A stretch of 49,662 nt of DNA, counting the filler, from Jimgerdemannia flammicorona (taxonomy: Eukaryota): the NCBI GenBank assembly GCA_003990765.1. It is 2 parts of 2 records of this genome, joined end to end, with 100 filler letters (N's around TTAATTAATTAA, not from the genome) between each part and the next. Parts side by side here need not be neighbours in the genome. Positions count along the whole stretch, not along the records: positions 1 to 24,782 come from RBNJ01000924.1; positions 24,883 to 49,662 come from RBNJ01000925.1. The stretch is one strand, 5' to 3'. Below, piece after piece: positions 22,901 to 33,369 of the stretch. The notes beneath the pieces were generated by a model, which worked only from the letters and a program-made list of their open reading frames with translations, did no database searches and was not told where the DNA came from. Each line of letters begins with the position of its first letter. The stretch's first letter is position 1. The translations under genes were made by a program, and so were the position numbers.

Positions 22901-24782
22901 TGGGTCTGGCTGGTGAAAGTATTGGATAGAATTGGGGTCCCACACCAGTTCAGGTCAGCGATGGTCAATCTACTGGAAGGAAGTAGGGCTGCACTCATGT
23001 ATAATGGATACAGAGGGGTAGCATTTCCCCTAGGTAGGGGGGTGCCCCAGGGGGACCCATGTCCCCCATTTTGTATATGCTTTCTCTGGAGCCCTTTATG
23101 GATAGAATTAGGCAGAAGATAGTGGGGCTCTCTATCTTTGGCATTGGGTGGAAAGTAGGAGCCTTTGCAGATGACATAGTGGTCAGTCTGGGATCAATTG
23201 TGGATGTTGAGGAGCTCAAGGAAACTGTGGAGTGGTATGAGGAGAACTCAGGGGCTAAGCTTAATTAATATAAATGTGAAACAATGGTGTTAGGCAATGG
23301 TCTGATGAGAGGGGAAATTATTGGAACCATCGTCTCTGCTGGTGAGATGGTGTGGTACTTGGGTATTTATCTGTCAGTATATGGGTCAGTTTTATCCAGA
23401 CTTTGGTGGGAGCAGTGGGTTGGAATCTGGGAGGAGACCCTGCAGAGTTGGGGGGGGTGCCAATTGTCTCTGGCAGAGTGTGTTTTGATTCTGAATGTCT
23501 ATTGGCTGCCAAAGTTGTGGTATCTGGCTTATCATCTGGACTTCTCAGCTTGGGTGGTGAATCAATTGATGAAGCTGGCCAAGGGGTGGATATAGGCTAG
23601 AAGATGGAGTCAGATCAGCTAGGAGGTCTTATCCTTACCAGTGGTGAGGAGTGGACTTGGGCTGGTTGACTTTCCTAAGAGGCTGTACTGCTTGAGAGCA
23701 TGGTGGCTGAAGAGAGCAGTGGAGTTGAGAGGGGGAGGTTGGGTCTCCCTATTGCAGAAAGTCTGGGAGATGAAGTCCTCACCAAGAGATTCAACTGGTG
23801 ATCTCCTGGCATTTGTTGGCCTTCAGAATACTGAACAATTGTGATACAAAGGCTTCTGATGGAGGGTGGTGGAGGGGGTGCACTGCATTGGAATTCAGTG
23901 GCAGGGAAATAAAGGGGAGGTGGCTTGGGACCCAGCAATGTAATGATGGGACCAAGTATTGCTGGGAGGCATTCTCTTAATTGAGTTTGACATTAGTGAT
24001 GGGATAGAATGCCAATGGGGACCAGGCCAGGACCTGTGGCCTAGCAGTTGGCAAGGGGTTAGAATTAGTAAGGAGTGGGACTGGTATTGCATTTGGGTCT
24101 AGAGTGCTGAGGTGAGGAGGTGGATGCTGCCAAAGTACTGAGTGGCCTGGTGGTACATGCTGAGGTGGAATGTCATGCTCAACTTCTGCTCAGGTCATCT
24201 TGTCAAGAGAGGTTTCTTTGACTGTGAAGAGTGCTATAATATAGAGCAGGAAGGGGGATATGTGCAGATGCCTGAACATTGGCTAGAAGAGTGTGAGGTA
24301 CTTAGTACCTTTTGGCAGACCATTGGGGATCATTTGGGGGTAGGGTGTAGGGGAGTTGGAATGCAGGGGCAGTGGGAGGATTTGAGGGATAGATTGGTGG
24401 GATGGGTGGGGAAGGAACAGCTTACATTGGGCTGGGCTTTGGCCATTTGGGTGGGGCTGGCCAGTCACTGGTTATTTGTTTTTGAGAATGGGAGGAGACT
24501 AGGCTTAGAGATCTGACTGTTGCAGTGGAGTAGCCTCATGGAAGACACCTTGACAGGCTGGTGGCTTGGTTGGGGGTTGCAGGGGGGTCAAAGATGTCAG
24601 TTGGTGGAGAAAATCTGTAGGCAGAGTGGGGGGAGAGTTGGAGTTATGGGTGAGAGAGTGGTCTTTGTTTGTGAGAGTATAGAGAGTGGCCCCCCTATGG
24701 GGATTGGGTAGTGGGAGGATATACTGTAAACTTATTAATAGACTGGTAATAAATGGCAGAGTCCAAGTGACTATAAAAAAAA
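19983..24782 (+). mobile_element. Degenerate non-LTR retrotransposon (LINE; L1/Tx1-like APE-RT architecture), 3' part
   Basis: ORF2 remnants listed in the next feature. AATAAA lies near 24748 and an A-run at 24775-24782 reaches the contig end. Confidence 0.9.
21068..24711 (+). pseudogene. LINE ORF2 (AP endonuclease - reverse transcriptase - Cys/His C-terminus)
   Basis: Endonuclease: NVNG, LLQD, SGDFN, YTHW..RIDWIL, WSDY. RT: PGEDGLPWDFW, LLYK, FLDQEKAYDWVQW, GRGVPQGDP/SPILY, AFADD, SGAKLN, YLGI, GLGLVD. C-terminus CEEC...EHWLEEC. Many stops. Confidence 0.9.
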
Positions 24783-24882
24783 NNNNNNNNNNNNNNNNNN
24801 NNNNNNNNNNNNNNNNNNNNNNNNNNTTAATTAATTAANNNNNNNNNNNNNNNNNNNNNNNNNNNNNNNNNNNNNNNNNNNN
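24783..24882. other. Artificial contig-joining spacer (44 N + TTAATTAATTAA + 44 N)
   Basis: Symmetric N runs around a linker with stops in all six frames. The flanking contigs have nearly equal lengths (24782 and 24780), as expected for length-sorted concatenation. Confidence 0.93.
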
Positions 24883-25478
24883 GGAGGATAGTCGATCCGG
24901 CCGTAGACACCCGTACGGTGACTATCCTCGTCAAAGGATCGGGAAATACCGACGTCGATCAGAACCGGCGGGCCTTGGTGAACGTGCTGGTGTGGAAGTC
25001 GTGATAAACTGTAGCCAAAGCGGTGTGGGTCGGAGAGCCGTTGCCGAGGAGCGTGGACTTGTGCGCTTGGTGCGTAGGAGGAGCTTCGACAAATGCTGAG
25101 GTCAAGAGATTTCGCTTGTATAAGCTCAAATTCCAACAAGTGTAGCAATGCGTCGCGCGATCCCCGTTGTTCACCTATCGGTAAATTTTTCGGCGGGAAA
25201 CTAGGAGAGATGGTCAATGAGTTTCGGTACGCCAAGCTGAGAGAGATGAGCGTGAAGGTTGTGACGAAGATATTAGAATACAAGTATAGGCATAGGCAAT
25301 CGAAGCAGATTAGCATGATTTCACGTCTTCCTTATATTACGTGACGTGATCATATAAGATTTAAATATACATGTGACTTTTCTATTTCCAGGCTCTCATA
25401 ATAGTATAATGCGAATTGTTCATTACATAACCCTCTACCGAATTGGCTGAGGGTGTATGTGCTCCACATACAAAATGT

Positions 25479-26012
25479 CTATCGAAAGTCGTGGAATTGG
25501 AGTTGAAAGCGAATCAACCGCATGTTGGGGTCCTTCGAAGGCCAATATACCGATGGATTCGCCTTTGTAATGATATGGTCGACTGTGAGCGGACCTCTAT
25601 TAACTTTTGTCACCAGCTCCAATTTGAATCTTTCAAAATCCGCCTCGGTCTCGCCAAAGCGCTCTTCGACGAAGTCCCAGAAAGTTTCCCAGTTCAATCG
25701 GTCGCAAGCGCTGCGCTCCACGGATTTGAGCTTTTTCAACATCTCCTTTCGATTCTTGCTGTCCGCGGGGCTCTTTGCTGTTGCCGCCACCAGCCTCTCC
25801 GGCTCTGAGTTCGAGAATCGCATGTCAAGCACCACTAATCTGTTCCAGTTTTTTCGGTTCTTCACTAGGACGTTGTCGTGGATCAGCTGGATGAAGCACA
25901 CAATGAACATACCGTACACCTCCATCATCGGGCTAAGTCTGGATACTTCATCTTCACGAGGTGCGCGGGACCGACGTTTTGAGGCACGACAGCGAGAGAA
26001 TGCGTTGCCCAT
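25479..26012 (-). CDS. Small hypothetical protein (MGNAFSRC...), possible 48-nt in-frame intron; paralog of 28718-29044
   Basis: Open frame whose C-terminal ~105 aa are highly similar to the + strand copy. It has an N-terminal MG plus a nearby Cys and a basic patch, and a GTATGT...CTAG intron candidate at ~25865-25912. Confidence 0.6.
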   Translation of the reverse strand: MGNAFSRCRASKRRSRAPREDEVSRLSPMMEVYGMFIVCFIQLIHDNVLVKNRKNWNRLVVLDMRFSNSEPERLVAATAKSPADSKNRKEMLKKLKSVERSACDRLNWETFWDFVEERFGETEADFERFKLELVTKVNRGPLTVDHIITKANPSVYWPSKDPNMRLIRFQLQFHDFR

Positions 26013-28717
26013 GTTGGCTTGGCTGAAAGGACAGCAAACGCGTTGGGTTAAGGTGTAAAAATGAATGGATTCAAGTTGTTTCATACCCGACTGGAACGGT
26101 TTATATAGTTGGTCATTTTAGACTGTGAACCCTTTATGACATATCCCTCAACCCGACTTTCTCCGGCACTGGATTTTTTCAGAAGACGAGTTTTTACCGC
26201 ATCAAACACGTCCTTTTGTCTTTGTGGAGCGCCCACCTCTGGGATCATCGCTATCGCTATCTTTGTTGATAAAATGCATGGACACATTCACAAATCTTTT
26301 TGCTCACAATATCTGGTCTGGATTCACAATGGATAAATAAACGGTTGTGGGTGGAAAAACATCGTCGTTACTGTATGTACATGGCCGTTTGGGAGTCCAG
26401 AGTTAGAGAACGGATGCTATAAGGTACCCCAGAATTGTGAAGGCTGATAGGCGAGCAAATTTTGCTCCACTCGATAGGCGAGGCTGTTCACGTGGTCTCG
26501 CATCTCCTCTCCGATAGGCAATTTGCGAAGCCACGTGGCCTTTCATCTCCGCGGAGGCTTAGTCAACCTGTCATGCACATACCACTCCGCATTCATCATT
26601 GACCCCGAGGATGAGAAAGTACTAGGTTCAAAGGACAACATGTTAAATGGTTTAAAAAAACCTTTTACAAGAAAGTATCCACGATGCCTTCACAAAAAGG
26701 ATCCACCAGCACTGCACCACGAGGATCGGAGGTACAAAATATGCCAACGGGACCCATCAAGACATCCACGACACAAATTGGTGGGGCAACCTGTACCTGG
26801 ACGCCTGGCAGTATGAATATGCGATCATCTCCTCAACCGAATGGAGGCTGTTTATCTCTCAGGTTCCATGAACATATAATGTATATAACTATCATCCATT
26901 CTATGTAAATTATGGAAGTCTGTTAAATCTTCATGACTACTTGACCACCGTATCGAGTTTCAATGTCGAACCGAAAGTGGAGATCTTTGGTCACACCTCA
27001 ATTCAGATTTAATGGGTGTTCAACGAATGAGGCTGTGATTCGAGATCCATTATCAACGTGGAATTCATAGTAAACCTCCCCACAATTTAATTAGCTATCG
27101 TGTCCGGCCCTGAAAAGATGAACCAATAGTTGAATATGCGATATATCTACTACTGTTGTAGGATTTCCTGGTGCGCCAAGGATACTTTTAAGGAAGTTGG
27201 CTTTATTGACGGTTTCTATGTAGAATTTACCATGGTTATAAGAACAAAGGGGCTGGCTATTTTGGAGTGCACTGGTCGTGCCGTCTAAATCGAGGTATTG
27301 GACGAGTTCAGTAAATGTTTACAACATATATGATATGTATTTCCGAGAAAGAATCCCCCTAACACGATCAAGATAATTCAAGTTAGTCTTTTACAACCAT
27401 CTACAGCGTATACTCACCGTGGTTTCAAATCGGAATTTCTACACCGCATAGCCCGGCGATAATGTCTCTATGATTATCCACGGCCTATCCATAGCATCAA
27501 GTAGATTTTGAGTTAGGAAACGAAAGATGAGGAAAAATACAATTGCGACTCAGTGGCCATTGGCAAGTATACTCATATCGTCTTTGAAATCTAAATAGCA
27601 AACTACTGTTAAAATTGGTTAATTAGGATATTGATTGTCATTTCGTAACGATTGAGTCATGAATGTGTGCAAATGCCTATTTCCCATCACTATCATTTGT
27701 AATATATATTCTTTATGCTCTGATGGAAAGAGGATAAATAAATCTCTCAGAACCTCCAAAAATTGGTTTAATTAATTTATCTTATTGACTACGCATGCAC
27801 CTTCACGACCAATAGATACGACCAGCACTTCTCTGAAAACAATATTTTTTTTCATTTTTTTTTTTTTTTGTGACATTTCATAAATGTGTTGTGGAAAAAA
27901 GACTGCGCCATTTCGACACGAATGTCAGGTGTTCAATATTCACTTTCTACCAAATGATGCCCTCGCTCATCATTCCCACGCCCACCACTAGCTTTGTCAT
28001 CCGCATTTTACAGAAACAGGAAATGCACTGTCTTATGTAATGCTGGAATCCCAAGCAGTTTACAACTCATAATCCTGATCGATGGTAAACCCGATAACTT
28101 GATCTATGATAACGAGGAAGTGCTCGCTCTCAAAATTAATCACACACCAAATCTCTCCCCTCAAAGGCTCTTACTCAGTTGAAAGCCAGAGCATTGGCTT
28201 TTGTCTGCCGCAGATGTGTGCTCAGCTGCCTTCAGCGTAAGAGAACAGATTCGTTTATTAGATATCGATAAATTATTAAGAACCTGGATGAAGGAGCTGC
28301 AAATTCTTGGAGTGGCTTTTCAAACCCTTTTCTCTGAAGATTTGCTACAACAACTGTTCCATAACGAAACGATCTTGCATATTCCAGTTCCCCTCATTTC
28401 AATGGAAATCTCTACCGTCGGGTTCACCGTTTTTTCAAATTGAGCTTCTCAGCAAACTCGAACCTTGTGTTGTCAAGAGAACCTCGGAGCGGTCCATTTC
28501 GGTCCGGTTTGGTCCCAAACAAGAATTTGAAAATCGAAACAAATAAGCTAGAGCTAGCCTGAAACTTGAAATCCATGCTACTCTGTCTCCTTAGTATAAG
28601 ATAGAGAATATGTGATTAGACATCAAAAACATATGCCTGCTACCAGAGAATGACGCCACATTATCAATTGCACGCACGCATTGAATCTGACGCTCGTGCC
28701 CGTGACGGGGGTTTCAG

Positions 28718-29044
28718 GTGGTGGTGGAGAGGCTGGTGGCGGCCACGGCAAAGGGTCCCACGGACAGCAAGAATCGAAAGGAGATGTTGAAAAAACTCAA
28801 ATCCGTGGAGCGCAGCGCCTGCGACCGCCTGAACTGGGCAATTTTCTTTGACTTTGTCGAAGAATACTTTCAAGTCGAAGAAGAGTTGGAAATATTCAAG
28901 TTGGAGCTGATAACAAAAGTTAATAGGGGCCGGCTCAGTGTGGACCACATTGATGCAAAGGCGAATCCTTCGGTATACTGGCCCTCGAAAGACCCCGACA
29001 TGCGCTTGATTCGCTTTCAGCTCCAATTCTGCGACTTCGAATAG
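28718..29044 (+). CDS. Paralogous exon of the same hypothetical protein (5' exons not resolved)
   Basis: ERLVAATAK..DSKNRKEMLKKLKSVERSACDRLNW..ANPSVYWPSKDP.MRLIRFQLQF matches 25479-25800. It is preceded by CAG (possible splice acceptor). Confidence 0.55.
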   Translation: MVVERLVAATAKGPTDSKNRKEMLKKLKSVERSACDRLNWAIFFDFVEEYFQVEEELEIFKLELITKVNRGRLSVDHIDAKANPSVYWPSKDPDMRLIRFQLQFCDFE

Positions 29045-31123
29045 ACATTTTGTGCCAATTTGAGTTATTGTACAAACAGCATCATGAACAATTCGCATTA
29101 CACTGGAGAAGTTCGCATTGTGCTAACATTCCTATGATTGTATTTGTACCGTACGACAATCCTGCGCTTATGCCTTCCCTTTAAGTCTTCTGATATTTCC
29201 TATACGCAACAAGCACATGGTGCGCAGTTATGCCATGAATCTCTATATATCAATGGTGTTCGCGCTGGCAGTGCCATATGCTGAGAATATGTAAAAACAA
29301 TTTTCTCTCACAATATTTTTACAATATGCTTAAAGTCAATGTCAAACTATGCAACTCAGCATTTTCGAAATAGCGGGGACAAAAATATGGAGTTTTATGG
29401 TCTGAGTTCATTATAAGCATTAGTAATATCTACCAATAAGTTGTATAATAGACTTTAGCTGTTATGTGCAATTCTGAGACATTTTCCCTCACAATGAAAA
29501 GGTAATTCAAGCAGGTGCCAGTTTTTGTCTACATTTTTCGGTCAGGAATACATCGGCACGGATCCGCAGAATCTCATACCAGCTATTGTAATCAATGTAA
29601 TCACACTGTATGGAGAACAATAAAATTGTGAAATAGTGGTGGACTGTACATTATATATATATATTTTGGGTACCTTGGTGCCCCTACTGGATGATTCAAT
29701 TCTTATCCCAAACAGAAATAAGAACATATGGGCACTCAACTTCAGAAGCATCCGAACTCTGGCAGATAGCTTATACAACCTCAAGCAGCACTGTGACCCT
29801 TCTTAAAAAGTAACGCGTAATCGCATGTTAGTCGTTATTGACATAGCTCTATTGACCACCATATTAATTTGTTGTAAAAACTCTGCTGTGAACCAAGACC
29901 GCTCTACTGTTCGTAAAACAGTAGTAGATATATTGAAAGCTGGCGCATAGGTTATTTCCTATCCATTACAATTTTATCAATAAAATAACCTATCTGCGGA
30001 CTTGGCCCTCATATGACTATTTGAATAATACAAACGACCATAGATGTTCATATGTCAACACACACGGACTCCGAGATGCGCGAGCACACGGGTAGGACCA
30101 ATGTTCGTGAGGTGGACCAGTCAGTACTCGATCCCTATGGAAGCATGAGAACTTATTTACCAAGGAATGACGGAATGATGTCAAAAGGCCACGTAGCATG
30201 CGAAGATCATTAATCGCGACACACCGGCGTGTCAAGTGTTTGAGTCATGAAGTCGGTTTAGAATATTCGGCATCACCGTCCGAGAGTTGGTTAGATTGAC
30301 GATCTGTGTTCCATATTAACGGCTCGACAAGGGCACCTCATCACAGATACGGAATTGCCACGCAAACTGTTGGTGTTGCACATTCGCCACGAAACCTGAT
30401 CCGAGTATTTGATGCCAAATCTGAGACAACCGAAATCATCCCATGACAATTAGCCAAAATCATCGCCCAGCGCCCAATCATCGCCCCGCCGCTAATCGTC
30501 AACAATTTCGGTTCTGTTTAGGTCTGGAACTTTAAATCAGACCATGCGCCATGTGGATCGACAAAATCGGAAATTGGATTAATGAGAAAATTGGATCGAC
30601 GACAAAAATAAGATCGACGCTTTTACACGTCATAGCCCGAGCTCTTCCGTAAACCATGATCTAGCATTTTTGAAATGACAACTATGATGAGATGTCACAC
30701 GAATTTATGAAATATTCCATCTCCGATCCCCCCTGCTCTTTGTTCCGTTTGCTCTCATTCATCCGAACCACGTCTTCATTCCGAACTGCATCTGCAAGAT
30801 TTGCTGCGACAACACAACGAGAAATCGCTCTGTCAGGCTCTCCACCAAAATTGCTTGGATCCACCAAATTTCTTAGATTTTCTACTCCTGTCAATTTTTC
30901 GTTTGCTACTGTTTTCCTCCCCCACCAAATTTCTGTTTGGTAAAGGGAGGCATCTAAGAAAAGTCCAAAAACATATTATCATTTACGTAATATATATACA
31001 TTTCAAATCGGAATATCAAATCGGAACGTTATTCCATCCATGCAACTTGATTGTTGAGGTGAATTTAAAATCATCATGTTGATCCAATTTTTTTTTTGAC
31101 GATCCAATATTTTTGTTGTTGAT

Positions 31124-31197
<74 letters not shown>

Positions 31198-31776
31198 CGT
31201 TGACCGAATGTTTGTCGAGTGTTGATCCAATCTTGTTGATTCACCCTTTAAAGGTTTGACCGGGATGGCGCGCCATATCAAAATGTCAAAGTGTCGATAC
31301 AATTTTTGTAATGTCAATCCAAAACCGTCGATCCAATCTTGGCGATCCACGATTTGAAGGTTTGACCCTGATGGCGCGTCATATTCTCATAATCTATCTA
31401 TTTATCCCATCCCGAGCTACAAAGGGTGTGTTATATTCGCTAGCGACGTTCTTTTATTTTATTTTATTTGTTTATTTATTTATTTTAAAAATGCTTCATG
31501 TTTTACCACACTAGGACGTGCATCAATAGCTATGCACTCAGTCGCGGCCGTGCCCGGTGTGCTGGGATTAAACGACGACGAGAAAATGATGGTAGTACTG
31601 AGCGACGGACGTTTATGTATAGCGCGGGTACCTTACCGCCGATATTACTGTACATAGAGGAACAAATAATATATATATATATATATATATCGTTGTTAGC
31701 TATAAAATGCAAAAACAATATGTGTTCCATTTCTACATTTTATTAGAGAGGCTCGTGCTCATTTTCTGTACTTCGG

Positions 31777-33369
31777 CTAGAGCGCTGGCCCCCTTTTGCC
31801 AATGCCATTGCCTGCAGAATATATATATATGCATTGTTGTCAGCGAGAACACTAAGCAGATGAATGCAAAATATAATGCACTTCATTTCTACATACAGGA
31901 TACATTCGGGCTCGTATTCATTTTCAGTGCTTCGGCTAGTGCGCTGACTCCCTTCTCGCCTAAAGCATTGGCTACAGAAAAACGCATAATATATATATGC
32001 ATTTTTGTCAGCGAGAACACTAAACAGATGAATGCAAAAATAAAATGCACTTCATTCCTACATACAGGATACATCGAGGTTTTGCAGGCCTTTGTTCATT
32101 TTCAGCGCTTCGGCTAGTGCGCTGGCTCCCTTCTCGCCAATGGCATTGCCTACAGAAGAACACACAAAATGTGTATGCATCGGTGTCAGCGAAAACACCA
32201 AAAATATGAACGCAAACATATATTGTATTTTATTCCTACATACAGGATATATCCAGGTTTTGTAGGCTCGTGTTCATTTTCAGTGCTTCGGCTAGTACGC
32301 TGGTTCCCTTGTCGCCGATACGATTGGCTACAGAGGGGCACATAAAATGTATACGCGTTGTTATCGGCTAGAACACCAGAAATATGAATATTCGCTTCAT
32401 TCCTACATACCCCATAGCTTCAGGTTTTGCAGGCTCGTGTTCGATTTCAGTGCTTCGGCTAGTGCGCTGGCTCCCTTCTTGCCAATACCATTGTCTACAG
32501 AGGATCACATAAAATATATACGTGGTTGGCGGCTAGAAAACTGAACATATGAACGCAAAAATAAGTGCGCTTCATTCCTATATACCTTCTAGATTTAGGT
32601 TTTGCAGGCTCGTGTTAATTTTCAGTGCTTCGGCTAGTGCGCTGGCCCCCTTCTCGCCAATGCCATTGTCTACAGAGAAACACATTGTATACGCGTGGTT
32701 GTCAGCTAGAACACTAAACAGATGAATACAAAGTATAATGTGCTTCATTTCTACACACCTTCTAGATTCAGGTTTTGTAGGCTCGTGTTCATTTTCAGTG
32801 CTTCGGCTAGTGCGCCGGCTCCCTTCTCGCCTATACTATTTTCTACAGAGAAATACATTTGTATACGTACGCGTGGTTGTCAGCTAGAGCACTAAACAGA
32901 TAAATGCAAAAACATAATGCGCTTCATTCCTACGCACCTTCTAGATTCAGGTTTTTCAGGCTCGTGTTCATTTTCAGTGCTTCGGCTAGTGCTGCGGCTC
33001 CCTTCTCGCCAATTTTATTGCCTACAGAGGAACACAAAACGTATACGCATTTTTTTCAGCTATAACAATAAACCTATGAATCCAAAATTACAATGCAATT
33101 CATTCCTACGTACTGTATAGATTCAGGCTTTGCAGGACCGTGTTCATTCCCAGTCCTTCGGCTAGGGCGCTGGCTCCCTTCTCACCAATACCATTGTCTA
33201 CAGAGGAAAATATAAAATACATACGCGTGTTGTCACTAAACAGGTGAATGCAAAAATATAATGCGCCTCATTCCTACATATATACCTTCTAGACTCAGAG
33301 TTTGCAGTCTTGTGTTCATTTTCAGTGCTCCGGCTAGTGCGCTGGCTCCTTTATCGCCAATATAACTGT
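31777..33369 (-). repeat. Tandem exon+intron array (~175-bp period); each exon encodes one 28-aa LRR
   Basis: Exons 33369-33286, 33197-33114, 33021-32938, 32842-32759, 32669-32586, 32494-32411, 32327-32244 and 32149-32066 are all 84 nt; 31971-31897 is 75 nt; 31811-31777 is terminal. Consensus xNxIGEKGASALAEALKMNTSLQNLxLx. The introns are also homologous. Confidence 0.93.

Noticed and set aside
19937..24468. Pro/Ser/His-rich minus-strand ORFs
   Set aside because: They are antisense to the G-rich LINE coding strand and are compositional artefacts.
24783..24882. TTAATTAATTAA palindrome inside the N run, and any linkage between the TE nest and the gene-rich half
   Set aside because: It is an artificial six-frame-stop linker joining separate contigs, so adjacency of the two halves has no biological meaning. 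ORF 24831-25316 runs into Ns.
24883..25100. GC-rich coding-like stretch at the start of contig 2
   Set aside because: It is truncated by the contig edge, and strand and frame could not be determined.
26600..28550. Possible spliced gene or pseudogene between the inverted paralogs
   Set aside because: Some protein-like stretches exist (for example ISWCAKDTFKEVGFIDGFYVEF at ~27163-27288), but I could not build a consistent exon chain or recognise a family.
31003..31350. Poly-Lys ORF
   Set aside because: It is the translation of the poly(T) homopolymer.
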